From assembly GCF_964204645.1 (NCBI RefSeq), contig NC_134028.1, positions 2,232,001-2,296,000 on the forward strand: a DNA stretch of 64,000 nucleotides. Reading direction: 5' to 3'. Numbering within the stretch: the stretch's first letter is position 1; each line of letters begins with the position of its first letter. Shown one piece after another: positions 50,601 through 64,000 of the stretch. Origin of the DNA: Tubulanus polymorphus (taxonomy: Eukaryota; Animalia; Nemertea). A program made the position numbers and the translations under genes. The notes beneath the pieces are model-generated. The model searched no databases, was not told the DNA's origin, and saw only the letters and a program-made list of their open reading frames with translations.

Positions 50601-53600
50601 CCTACCTTTTGGTATTTTTTTCTGTTTTTGCTCCGAGTCATCGACATCCTTGACAGGCGTTTCATTCTTAAATGTCATTCTTTTCAAGTGTTCTTCAATG
50701 GACTCAATCTTCAGGAATCATATGAGAACATTAACAATAAGAGAATACTGTGAGAACCGCAGCAATTTTACGCGTGATATCAGCTGTATTTTACCTGTCT
50801 ACGACTGGCGAGTGTTTTCAGTTGACGAGGACTCGTCGGTTTATTATTTGTTCCAGTAAACGCAGCCTGCGCAGCACGCACGATATCGATACCCAAACTA
50901 CCACTAGTCGTTATAGTTTCACCGCTCGTATATTCGCTTTCAGTTTCACTACAATCAAATCGTAAAACAGAGTTTAAACAGGGTTGGAAGCTTTACTGCA
51001 TCGTAACAGCACAGTCATTACCTATCAGTGGTCACCTCCTCCCAGTCATTTTCATCGTTCAAACGATTTGATTCCTTGTCTAGAACCTCCTTATACTGAA
51101 AATGCAAAACAATCAATACAAACACTGCTTACGCAAAGGATCGAAAATGTATCGAAACACAAACAATTCTAGAATTCAAACCTGGCGATGCAGAGGGCTT
51201 TTCTTTTTCAATCTTTTCTTTGAGTTTCGTTTTCTCTTCAACGTAAGAATCTCTCGTTTCAATCGAGCCATATCTCGTTTCAGGTCAGCGATTTCTATTC
51301 TTTTCTCCGCTACCTCTCTCTTGCAGCTGTTTATTTCAGTCTTTAGAGCCCTGCGGTAATATAATGAAAACTTTGCTCAATAATGAAAAGGATGCGTAAC
51401 AAATTCCATCGTAATAGTCAGAAATCATTACCTTCTTTCACTGTTCAATTTGTCATTATCTTTTTGTAACTTGTGATTCTGATCTTGCAAATCTTCCAGA
51501 GTGGTTTCTTTGGTTTTCAACTTTAAATAGATGAAGCAGACATTCTCAAAAATCAATGAGTTTAAGAAACAACCCGGCTAACCGGTATGTGTTATATGGC
51601 ATTTACCTGAGCCTGTGTATTTTCCAGTTTTTCGAGGGCTGTTTCGCGAGGTTGCAGTAAACGTAGATTCTCCTGTCGCAGATAAAGGCATTCTTCTTTC
51701 TCCTGCTGCAAACTGACCTGCAGTTCGTGAATAGTCGCTGCATCTTGACTCGCCATCACTCGAAGGTTATCCAATTCTTCTTGCATCATCAACCTAAAAA
51801 ATATCCAATACAATCTACAGAACATCAAGTCTAAAGAACTTAAAATTACATGAACAACTACCATTGATAAGACACTATATCCGAGTTATGACGATAATCT
51901 GTAAAAAATCCCACAACAAAAAACACATCCTCGAGTATAGTTCATCCTAATAGTCCAGAAGATGACCAATAGCATATAGATCCTCTACCCATGTTACATG
52001 AACAGTTTCTAATGGAATTAGACTGACCTTTCAGTTTTCAAGTTTCCATTTTCATTTCTAAAGAATGCCAGCTCATTCCACACGGCATCAGAGTTCTCTC
52101 GCTGTAAATTTTTCGGTTCAGTTCTCTTCAACGGTTTCATCTTTTTGGTTTTACTGAAACGATGTAAAAAAGCGAGTGTTAACAGTGAGTTTTCTACTTC
52201 CATGTCATTAAAGGAAATACTACTGCAGGTAGATTGCGATAGAACTAATTCCGGTCTAGAAATAGTAATTCAGGATAACAAACTCTCTTCCTACATTCTA
52301 ACAGGTTAACAGATCATGCTATTCCGGAATCGGTAGAAACCAATTGAAACCTGCCTTAGATTTGTACTAAGTTCTACAGTTTGGAGTTGAATTTAAAACT
52401 AGAATCATAATCAATCAGTTCCAATCAAAGTGTCAAATCTTAACCCAAAATTCTTGATCTTGTATGTTATATTCTGGTCAACATTCCACCTCAAACACAT
52501 GCATCTTACCCGCGGTATTCGTCTTCTAGTGACCTGTACTGCTCTTTCAACAGTTTATGATCGTTCTGTAACGATTTCAAACGTTCTAAACGCTTGTCAT
52601 GAGCAGTTCGTATTTCTTCTAGTTCTTTATTCTGTAATCACAAAAAAAAAACAAAGCAAACTTCCAATGAATTCAATCACAGTCATTTATCCCGATAAAA
52701 ATTATCTTAAGGAATTATCAAGTTTTACCTTTAAACGCAGTAACTGTTGCAATCCTATTAATTTCCTCGAGAGATTCTCAAGTTTTTCCGGACTGGCGAC
52801 CCCGCCACGTCTCGGAGAACGAGAACGTGGGGACTGTTTCGTAGGAGTTGAACTCTTCTCTATCAGGTGAGCAGATGAGAATTCCATGTCTAAAACTTCA
52901 CCACCATTCTCCAACGATTTCAGCTGCCTGAAATTATAGCGCGTCCAAAAGGTAATCGAAAATACAAAGTATCTGCTTTGATATTTTTTCCGACCTTAAA
53001 GGTACATGTACCGACCTATTCTGTTCCCTGATTATTTCCTTAGCCTGCTCTAGATCTTTCGAAAGCTCGTGCATTCGTTTCCGTTTTCCATCGACCAGGT
53101 CATCATCGGTACCATTACTCAGTCTCGATTCTAAATCGGTGATCTTATCTCCTTTTTCTAATAAATCCTAGAATTGAACAAGCATTATTCAGAAAAATAT
53201 TTTATCAAATAACTTCAATGGTTTATCTTACCTAGTTCATTCTGATTGGAGCTGGATCAACTGCAAATACATTAAGGACACTCAATATCTGATGTTTTTT
53301 TTACCTGTTTCATTTGAATATTTTGACTGCGTATTTCAGCTTCGACTGTCAACAATGATCTGTATTTCTTCTCCATTTCCTCGAACATCTAAAACGATTG
53401 AACGAACAATGAAGCAAACGCATCGTTTTGACAACAGAACCAAACAATAGAATGAAATATTCACCGTTCTGAAAGTCTGTGATTCTAAATCATGAGTTCG
53501 ATCTTGTGTTTTCATCACTACAACAGAAATAGACAAATTAGAACAATTAGAAATTCAACCGTATCGAGAATCGGAGCTTTATATATTTACTTCTTTGTGT

Positions 53601-55721
53601 ATCTTGTTGTAGATTCTGTAACTGTTGAATGACTACAGCCTGTTCCAATGCGTGAGGCTTACACAGTTTATGCGTCTCCCATAGCTCCTCCAATTCGTGT
53701 TTCAATCTCGTTATTTCACTCTCACTTTCCTTCTCATTCTCAAAACCGGAAACTTTTGCTTTCATATCTTCGAGCTGTAAAAGAATTTTTTGTGACAAAT
53801 TAACTTTTACGGCGTGCCAGATTCTGTGGATATAAGACATTTTGTTTCTGAAAATGTCAACTGTACCTCACAATTGATAGCGTTGAACTTTTCTCTCCAG
53901 TCGGACATGTCGCGTTCTAACATCTAAAATCAATCACAAGTGATTTCCAGTTAAAGTGGCCACACCCTAATTTACCGAGTTTGCGGGTTCTAGTGATCTA
54001 TTTGTATTTCTTACTTACCGTGACTTTACTTTCATGTACAATTTTGATAGCGCCGAGGTCAGCGTTTTCTGTTTTCAACACGCTGTTCTCGGCCCTCAGT
54101 TGACTAAGCTGATGAACTAATTCCGCTTTATCCTTTTCGAAGCCTTCGACGAGTTGTTTATGTAGTTCGTTTACAGTCTGTTCTTTGTTGGTGGCGCAAC
54201 GCAGCTATAAATACAAAGTACGGAGCGCGTAATGAATCTGTATTGAACCGGGAATGTCGGGACTCCTAAAGACGATGAGTCACCTCTGAGGATGAAAGAA
54301 ACTTTATTCCAACTAATCAGTTTTTACCTTATCTTGTAAGTCTTCACATTTTTTCTTCCCTTCAGCCAAATCAACTTCCATTCGAATAACAGTATCTTCC
54401 ATTTCCATCTTTCTGTAAATTGAGGGATGCTGATAATAAATACACGGCGGCCACTTTTATTTGACTCGCTTCCCCCCCCGACTATTCCCTGACACGCACG
54501 TTGTTTTCCCAGACGTGATCTGCTAAGAATCCGACCAATTTACACAGTCAATTACATGAGAGATAGATGGGAACAGTCTGATACAGTCTAATATAACATG
54601 CAAGCCTAATTTTGAGGTAAGTGGCCACCCTGATATCATCCTCCCTCTGCAGGGACTCGAACCTGATGGCATCGCTACACTCAGCCACGGCACGAACCCT
54701 GCATCAGTAGACCGGGTGCGCAGGTACATGCGCAGCTTTCCGAACGAAAACTGGCGGCACCAATCAGATTGCTCGTTGTATAATCGTTGAGGCAGATTTC
54801 AAGGAAGAACTATAAATGGGAAAACCCGGGCTAAAATAAAACAGGATTTCTGATTGGCTAAAAATCACATCATCTGAACTGCGCATGTATCTGCGCACAC
54901 GGTCGATTATGGCAGGGTTTCGTGCCGTGGCAATCTCGATGCCATCAGGTTCGAATCCCTGCCGGGGGAGGATGCCCTGATATATGATGATTTCTTCAAA
55001 TCATTTGCTATGAATTATATTATTACCGTTTTTGCCACGATTGGTTGTCAGCAGTTTCTCTCATGAGCTTTCGTTCCAATTCAGCAATCTTATCATCTTT
55101 ACTTTGTAAAATCTGTAGAACCTTTCGATCTTTCGTTTCTGTCTTTTCCTTCTCCCTGAAATATTGCGAGATTCTTCCTTATCGAGCAGAATTTTACGAA
55201 AAGATTTTGAAAAGTATTTTCAATATATATGAAAGACACAGACCTGGCAACTACGAGATTTATGGCTTGCGTAATATCCGGATTGGCAACTTGAAGTCGT
55301 TTCCATAGTGACCAAACAAATTCTTTATCGGACTTTGGAAGAAAAATAAAAGATTTCAGTATTTACCCCCCTATCAAACAAGAATAGTGTAAAGCTTTCA
55401 TTGTTTACCTGCACTTGAGCCAGCTCCTCGGACAAACATGTGTTTTCAACTCTTAGCCGGGCAATTTCTTCTTCTGAAATATTATTACAATTGCAAAAAA
55501 TATGACCACACAGTTCTGTTTCACAAAAAAAAAGTTTTACCCAAATTGTTTTAAAATTACTATTTTGGTTACTTCATGCTTTCAATGAGGACAACAATTC
55601 AAACTCAACCGTTTTAAACACAAAACTCTTTCATGAAAATGGACCCTGAAGAGAGTCCCAGATATTCAAAGATGAAGGAAGATGGTTGAACTTTTAGCGA
55701 CTCACCAATGCTACTCGCCAT
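47633..55721 (-). CDS. CNTLN: Centlein (centrosomal coiled-coil protein); many short exons, internal boundaries not all resolved
   Basis: MASSIEEEIARLRVENTCLSEELAQVQ-SDKEFVWSLWKRLQVANPDITQAINLVVA-REKEKTETKDRKVLQILQSKD; QRENSDAVWNELAFFRNEN; C-terminal AKSILNISQSELDDFM. Stop at 47633-47635. Confidence 0.9.
54637..54974. mobile_element. Second copy (inverted) of the 340-bp MITE, in a centlein intron
   Basis: Reverse complement of 211-550 with few differences; its own 9-bp TSD CCCTGATAT at 54628-54636 and 54975-54983. Confidence 0.92.
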
Positions 55722-57869
55722 TCTCCTGGTTTAATCAAAATCAGTCAAGGTCAATAAAGACAGTCAAGGATCATGCCTCAAAACTTCTAAAACCTATATC
55801 AATAATCAAAATGGAATAATTTAACCCGATAAAAAGACGAACAATATATATTTTCCGGGCCTTGAATTTGAATTAACATATTTCTAAAATTTTGAAATTA
55901 AAAACCATTTAAATTCCGTTTTTAAACATCTATAGGAATGAAAACGTAAAATATCGACACTTCGTAAGAATGACACACACAAGTAAATACCAGTTGGTAG
56001 AACTAAGGTTCAGTGAAATCAAATTTAGACAAACAAAGATTAAGAAAAAACTGCAATTCAAAATTTACCGGTGATAATTTCATTTCCGGGTTCAGAAAGG
56101 CAAGGGTTAAGCCTATTCCCCGGTGAATGGACTTTACACCGGATCCGTGGTTTATAGCCTTTTACAAACTTTTTCGACAGTCTCATTGCACCTCATGTTA
56201 TATTATTTCACCAAGAAACAAAGATTAGGAACTTAAGGGATAAATTTCACCAGAGAAATGTGACCACATTACAACAGCGAGCGCTTGAATTTGGACGAGG
56301 CAAATTGAAAATTACCACTTTTATTGCATTGTGATTAATAAACTCAATATTATTATCATTTACTGAATGGTTTTTCTTTTGAGTTTATTTTTCTTCTATC
56401 AGAGAGGACCGGCATCAATGATGACATAATTTTTGTAGACTTAAGCAAAATTTAACGCTTAATGCGGAAAAAAGTGGCAGGTGGCAGTTTTTCACTTAGT
56501 GAATTGCTTTAATGCCTAACCATGACTAGTCTGACTTACCACAACTAGTATCCTCATGGACAGACTGACCCTGTACGCATGATTTGATACCGCCATACTC
56601 TGACCAAAAAATCAAATATTGGGATAAGAGTAAATTGGAACATCAAGAAACGAAATTCTAATATGGACTTTCCTAAATTTACATGATGATGTACCGTTTA
56701 ATCTCCAGTTGAGTATCAAAATTAAAGAAAACAATTTGGTTCTTTTTTAAATTATGAGTGGTAAGCATGAAGTTTTTGGCAGAATTTCAGCGGATCGGTG
56801 CTCCAAGTAATTAAAAATGCCTCATATATCTCCCCTCAATTGAATCGAGGAGTTTTTTTTAATGAAAATCTGTCTATTGACGGGATTCTGTGATAACAGT
56901 ATGAATGATGAATAATCGTGAAACATGGTATTAGTGGGTTTTCCCCCAATGACTCAAATAGACCGCTTTCCTCGTGCATGTGAGGAAGTTATCTCGGGGT
57001 GCATGAACAGTCCGTGACTAATAAACTAATTTCATTAGTAAATGTTTACGCGGTTTCTATGATAGGAAGACCTGTGTTGGTGTGAATCTGAACTGGAAGT
57101 GCTATCGGTCGGTATAATTTATAAATTATTCTAGAATTCAAGAAAAAAAAAACAGGCGGATGCTTATAAATTCGGAAGTAGCTGTTGGGAATCAAGTAAT
57201 TTATTTCATGGCCTTAAAGTTCGTCCACTATATTGTTCAGCTGACTACTGGCGCGTATTCAACCCGGCGGTGGAACCTCATATTAATGTAAATCCATTCA
57301 ACAATAGAGACACAATTGCGGGTTTTCAGAGTTGTTGATATCATTCTGACACGCGCTATTGAATACGTCACCGGCTGACCACGGTGTACACAAGCATAGA
57401 CCATTCACCTCAGCTTACTCACACTGTGAACATGCTACCGTGGATTCTCTTGGCGATTTTCGCTGCGCTCCCGCTCCTGCTCCTGTTCCTGCTTCCTGAG
57501 GAACGACGTCTTTATGTTTTATGCGTTACTGTTTGTCTCTGTGCTGTCCTGTACTGTTCCGTGTTAATTAATCCGTTCTGTTTTTCAGCAATTAACCCGT
57601 TTTGTTTTTCAGGGCCGATTTCTCTGTCGAATTTCAACGTTTGCTGGAACAAAACTAATGTCCGAAAGCGTCAGCTCTCCTTCGCCTGTCATGTGTCGAG
57701 GATGTCAAAGAGTCGGTCAGGAAATTCTGCCCTCTACACGCCCTCATACGGAACACGAAACCAGGATGACGAGGCCTCACTGCCCCCACCTATCTACAAA
57801 GTGTGCTGAGTGATGTCAATGACGGGCATATCTGCGGGATTGCGCGGGATACAAATGGAGCGGTTATAC

Positions 57870-58153
57870 TGGATTGTCACGCTACTAGCATTCATTGTGT
57901 CCTTGTGACCGCCCGGATGAGGGATGATTCTACTGTCACGCTCTTTGTTTCTGGTATTCTGAGTCGGCTGAGGGATGATTCTACTGTCACGCTCTTTGAT
58001 TTCTAGTTTGAGTGCTAGTTTTCATTGTGTCCTTGTGATAACCTCGGTCAGTGGATGAAGTCTCTCGTCGGCTTGTGAGTGCTAGTTTCATTGTGTCCTT
58101 GTGATAACCTCGGTCAGTGGATGAAGTCTCTTGTCACGCTTTTGGGTGCTAGT
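57870..58153. repeat. Degenerate tandem array (about 50-67 bp units)
   Basis: TTCATTGTGTCCTTGTGA x3, GAGGGATGATTCTACTGTCACGCTCTTTG x2, ATAACCTCGGTCAGTGGATGAAGTCTCT x2. Confidence 0.85.
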
Positions 58154-61100
58154 TGAGATCCTGAATCTCAACCCGGTCAAGCTGGTTGTACTGCACTATT
58201 TGTGTTTCGTGCAATTTTACAGGTTTGTCAGTTACTGACGTCGCCCAGTACATCCTGTAGTTAGATGGGGAATGTGAGGCGTTGTCATTCTGGTTTTCGC
58301 GTTCTGTGTGAGGGCGTGTAGAGGGCAGTATATTCCTGGCTGGTTCATTGTCTGGTGTTCTCGGCATGTGACCGACGACGGAGAGCTGAAAAGCTTTCAG
58401 ACATTAGTTTTGTTCCGTACCAGGTTTTCATCGCTCTTCTCTTTTTTTTCATTTCAGGACTCCCAAGATGAAGAAGAAGATGCTGAAGGTGACTACAACG
58501 AAGACGATGCCAAAAAAGAACACTGAACTCAGCAATATTGAAAGTTAAGTTGATACACATGTAAATTAGTATGCGTGATACGGAAAGTATTGTGTAACTA
58601 CAGAATATCGTTCTTTTACTCATTTCAGGTTAATCCGGAAAGGCCCATCTAAAATCTGCCCACCAGAAGTGCCCACAAAAGACTCCACCTTGAAGTACCA
58701 CCAAACACCGAAAGACCTGTCGCAACCGAACCTGGCATCTTGCATGGCTCATCCTGCATGGCAACAGGAATACATACATACATAAAGCTAAGTTGATTTT
58801 TCATATCTGGGGTAGAATGCATAGGCGCTGGTCAAGCTCACCATCTCCACACTACTTTATTGAGGCTCTGTGGCCGGTAGTAAATTGAAGTATAGCTAGG
58901 CAATGATTGCTTGAATATTTACAATATTAGACGAAATGATTGAGTGAGGTCCCTTAAATATTCTTTGGTCTGATAATTAAAATGTAGATTGGTCTGTTAT
59001 TGATTAAAAGATTTTGTAAGTACGTACAATTAAGGTAAATTCAATATCTTATGTGACATTTGAAATTATTCGAATGTACCGTAGATATTTCAGGCCTCAT
59101 ATGACTATTGTTTAACTGACAGTCAAGATCTAGATAGGACAATTTTTACTTAAAGATATATCAATTAAACTTTATCGTTGGTTGATAGATTTTTCTTTAC
59201 AAATAATTTATTGATAAATTTACTAAGATTGAGGCCATACTTTACAATATATACTGTGTGCTGCCTCACACATAACAGTTATGAATTTCATAAGATAGTG
59301 TCTAGGGCTCTATCGAGGTCTGGTGTTATATGGGGAAAACTATGGACTACAAGTCTTTATGAAACAGTGATTTGGTCTCAACACTTAGATAAATCCAGAA
59401 TAAACCAAAGCTTTAATCGATTTAATTCATTCCTGAAACACTGCGTCTCGTTTGGGGCGACGCATGATAATTGTTGTTTGACTGACAATTAGCATACAGC
59501 CAGGAAGAATGGCTTAGATATTCACAATTAAGATGAATTCAATATTTGATGTTACATCAAAAACTTTTTATATCATAAATATTTATTGAAATATAGCTGA
59601 AATATATAATATATTTGAGCACATCTATAAGTGAATCAGTCTCATTGACTGATCAGTTCTGTATCGCCAACTGCCGCGCTTACGACGACTAGCCATGCTT
59701 TTCATTATTGGCAAAATTTACTCAAACCTAACTGATTCAATTAATATCTAAAAGCCATACTGTGTGTCAAGTGACGCATATAAGATATAGTTTAACTGAA
59801 AATTAGAATCTAAGATGAATTACTCATTAACGTATTACTTAGATTGATTAAGGTTAATTCAATTGTTATGTGAAATTATTTCTAATTCCATGGACATTTA
59901 AAATGTAGCTGATACATGTGTATCTGAGCACATTTATTTATCTGTATCTAAGTGAACCTATGGTGTCTTCACACAGCTGTATTAGTTTTGATACATATTG
60001 CCAAAATCATTTAACGCAGATTTACTTCCGATCGAATCTGTGCACAAATACATTCCTTGATTTGGAAGGGGGAATATTTCAATTTCACTGTGTATGTCAG
60101 ATTGAAAGCCTTATTCTGACAGGATATCCTAAACTTAGGTCTTATTCCTCTTGCCAATAGCTCTCTTTTACTAACCCCTCTCCTTCAAACTACTTTCTAG
60201 CATCATGACTCGCACCGCACCAGGGAGGTCCGGTCATAACAAGGTCTTTTGGTCCTTATACACAGTGTACTATATAAGGTAAATAAAGATTATATAGCCA
60301 TTCGGCTAAGGGAATTTCTAATTTACCACTAAAAATATGCTTTTTTATCTTTAATTTCTGATGAATTCAAATAGTGACGAATTCACCACATCTGAAATTC
60401 TACTCATGTAGATTTTCAGGCTCCATATAAATATTGTTCAACTGACAATTAAAATATAGCTAGTATGATTCCTAATTAATGGTTCGCTTAGATACCTAGA
60501 ACTTAATTAAAATTAATTCAATGTAATGAATATAATTGAAACTTATTCAAAATTGCACAGTGGATTAGACGACTGTATCGCCCAATGTCATCTGCGTCTA
60601 ACTGGGCCACATGTGTGTGTGGGATCTGTTGAATCAGTTAGGTTTTGGGGGTTTCTGGGTTAGTTAAGCTAGGTATCAAAAGCTCTGATGCAAAATTAGC
60701 AGTTCAAAAAGTGATTAATTCAAATTCGTACCGGATCTGAAATTCTTCTCGGGTAGAAATTTCAAGCCCCATATAAAATATTGTCCGAGACAATTTCAAT
60801 TATAGCTAGGACATTATCAATTAACTTATTGATTAGGTATCTAATTCAGCATCTTCATATAAGGTAAAAGTGCTCAAATCTAAACCATAGGGGTTGATAA
60901 GTATAATTCAATATTGGTTGATATATAAAGAATACTGGGTATGTTTTAACTCTGTCTCTTGTGCGTGGGATTTATTGAATCTTTAAGGCTTTGCAGAATT
61001 CTGGATTTGTCGAGTTGTGGGAATGATTCGAGGTTTCTTAAATCTGTAGAACCATGTTACTTATATGATCAGTGTGCTCAATGCTGGCAGCGCACTCACT

Positions 61101-61729
61101 CTTCAGTTAGTTATATTATCGTAATTACAAAATCATTGTATATATTAGGAGCAATATTTAGAATTAATGAAATGGATTAGAATACCATTCACTGGGTACA
61201 GATGTCGCCATCTGTGGGTAGAAAACATCTCTTAAGTTTATTAACTCACGATGAAGTAAATTTAATAATACGAACATGGTTTAGCTGACAATGGAAATAT
61301 ATATAGGCCAATATTACTAGCACGTTTGCACTGTATGATGGGCCTGGGTTTCAATAAAAGACACATCAAGAATTTCAAGAAGATAGAAGAGAAAACAGTT
61401 CAAAAACGATTTGATAAGATTGATTATGCATTACTAAATTTGTTGTAACTCTGGTATTCCTAGAGATGACTATAGATGCTTTAGTTGAATTGTTGTTAAA
61501 CTATAATAATCAACCATTGCTTAGATATTTAGAATATAGATGAATTACTATATGAGTTGAATTTCATAAATATCATTTAAGACTATTATTAAAATCTACG
61601 TATCGATCCACGTTGCTGATCTTATATATGAATTGACATGATAATTATGATCAGTGATATTCCAAAGGATTTTCTGCTCAAAAGGTTCTGCTCTTTTCTT
61701 CAGCTTGCCGTTTCAGACTAATTGGAAGA

Positions 61730-62510
61730 TAGTTTGAATGAACCGGAATCGAATTTCCCAATTATGTACTTCGATTTCAGACATACTCGAGAAAAACTAC
61801 AATAAACTTTAAAAAATTAGACAAATTTAAACGGTGAAAATGACAAAAAAATTAAAGTTAGACAAAATTCTCCCACCTTGTAAACTTTCGGACTAGTTAC
61901 ATGAAAAAAAAAGACCAAATATTGTAAAATATAGTTATTTCCAAAGTCTCGATGTATTGAATTAGGCAGAAAAAAAATAGATAAAATTATTCAACCTTGT
62001 AAACTTTCGGACTAGTTACATGAAAAAAAGACCAAATATTGTAAAATATAGTTATTTCCTAAATCTCGATGTATTAAATTAGGCAGAAAAAAATAGATAA
62101 AATTATTCAACCTTGTAAACTTTCGGACTAGTTACATGAAAAAAAGACCAAATATTGTAAAATATAGTTATTTCCTAAATCTCGATGTATTGAATTAGGC
62201 AGAAAAAAATTTAACCCCAATCAGTCACTTAATATGTGCTTCGACTATTTAAACGGTGAAAACGACCAAAAAAATTGAAGTTAGACAAAATTATTAAACA
62301 TTGCAAACTTTCGGACTAGTTACATTAAAAAAAGACCAAATATTGTAAAATTATCTTCAACAATATAGTTATTTCCAAAATCAGAATTAGGCAGAATAAA
62401 AGATTGTTTGAATGAACCGGAACCGAATTACCAATTATGTTCTTGGACTTAAAAAAAAAGATCTGTAAAAACGACCGCCGATCACGCAACTATATCTGTA
62501 CTTCGATTTC
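61730..62510. repeat. ~117-bp tandem repeat (3 close copies plus a diverged fourth) inside a larger local duplication
   Basis: CCTTGTAAACTTTCGGACTAGTTACATG starts at 61876, 61995 and 62111, with a variant at ~62300. TTTGAATGAACCGGAA occurs at ~61734 and ~62407. Confidence 0.9.
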
Positions 62511-64000
62511 CGATTTTGAAAAAAACCGCCGTATCGCTCCCGCCAGGTGTGGTAGGTTTGTAAGGGACACCAACTCGAAAAGTCAAACGAGAGCTTGAGG
62601 TCAACAACTCATCAAAAATCTGCCAATTAGAGAAAACAGTGCACAGAAACCAACCGACTTAGGAGATCCTCGTCGATGATGAAACCAGCAATCATAAAAG
62701 GTAACTTGATATACATGGAGTTATTACGATGATTTCTAAATGTCGTGATTACAGGATATATTTATTTACTCATTGCAGCTAAGTTTCAACTATAAGAAAG
62801 AGACCAGCTTAAAATCAACTACTCATCTGTAATTTACGGATTTGAACAACCCACAGAAGAATCAAACTCATTAGATGGAAATTACCGGTATATAGAAATT
62901 TCAGGCCTCATATGAATATCATTTGATAAGTGATTATCATCGAAATCTATTTACCTGTCCACATGGCTGATCTTAGAACTTTTATCTTTACTAGTCTTGC
63001 ACCTTGGAGTAATAAATGTTTCAAATGATTACTCCAAGCTTAAACGTTAATGAACTAGTCCTACTACTGCAATTATTTATTGGGGTTTAAATCGGCAATT
63101 GACGTCAATGAACCTAATTCTGATTTCGGAAATAACTATATTAACTAAGTGAAAAACACGGTGGCTTGTAATTTGAAATGACATGTAAGTTATGATAAAT
63201 CTGTCTAAAATGTTTTGCTTTCTTCACTTTGTTTCAGTCAAACTACATCCCGGAAATAATGGCCTGAAGAAGTCACAAGTAGACAAATACCCATTGACCC
63301 ATTTGCTGATGAAAACTGCAGAAGCCCAGATGAGAAGTTTAGGAGCCAGCGACGGATTAATCACTCAACGATGGAATCTTCTACAATCGGTGGTTGATTT
63401 CTATAAAACATTTTATCAGGAGCAGCAGAGATGATAGTGTATCTTATAAACACTGATTCGCACAGCAAAGACAATGGATTATCTTATAAAATCTGATTCA
63501 GGATAAACACCGAAGCAGCAAAGACTTAGTGAAGAGAAAGAATTAGTTAGATAATTAGTCCGATTGTGACACAATCATCCCTTGCATCGAGTGGGATAAA
63601 AGCTTTGAGATATAGAATTACACAAGCCCGGTGGATGAGCGATAATGATAACCTACTTGCCCTAATGAAAATATACTTGTCCCGGGCAATTGAACTAGTG
63701 CTTAGATCAGACCCTGCTTTATTTCAAATGTAACATTTGTGAAATAAGCTAGTTGATAATGTTTGAAGAAATCTCTTAAAGACAAGGAAAATTTGGCAAT
63801 GTTTTTAGTTTTCTTGTAATAAGTAAGATTAATTAGTTAACCTTACGCTCTCCAGAGTGTGAGTGAATTTGTAGGTGTAATGTATTCATGTTTTTATTCT
63901 GAACTGTTTTTAAATAACTCATTAAAAAAAACGACATACATGTTCGTCATTCATGTTAAAACTTTTCAATTGTTCAGTTACGTGTATTGCAACTTTTTCA

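Noticed and set aside
54905-54965. tRNA gene suggested by GGTTCGAATCCC
   Set aside because: No D or anticodon arm can be folded; it is part of a MITE TIR.

Overview
AT-rich, intron-rich animal genomic DNA. It looks like a marine invertebrate, but that is an impression, not an identification. I assembled six complete spliced genes and one partial gene by hand. In order: the 3' end of a probable Tweety/TTYH gene (+), PICK1 (-), PIGQ (+, head-to-head with PICK1), ATF7IP/MCAF1 (+), a small two-TM protein (+), a rhodanese-DSP pseudophosphatase fused to a ~730-aa charged low-complexity arm (-), and centlein (-). Introns and intergenic DNA hold several MITE families, a Penelope-like fold-back insert with a hammerhead-ribozyme core, and tandem repeats. 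The best signal is a splicing cassette in PICK1: two paralogous 134-nt BAR-domain exons that cannot both be included in frame, a long-range intronic RNA duplex bracketing one of them, and up to three alternative first coding exons. Also notable are an alternative last exon that would remove the Tweety PPxY motif and two unexplained GC-rich structured islands flanking ATF7IP. Gene names come from remembered motifs; no database search was run.
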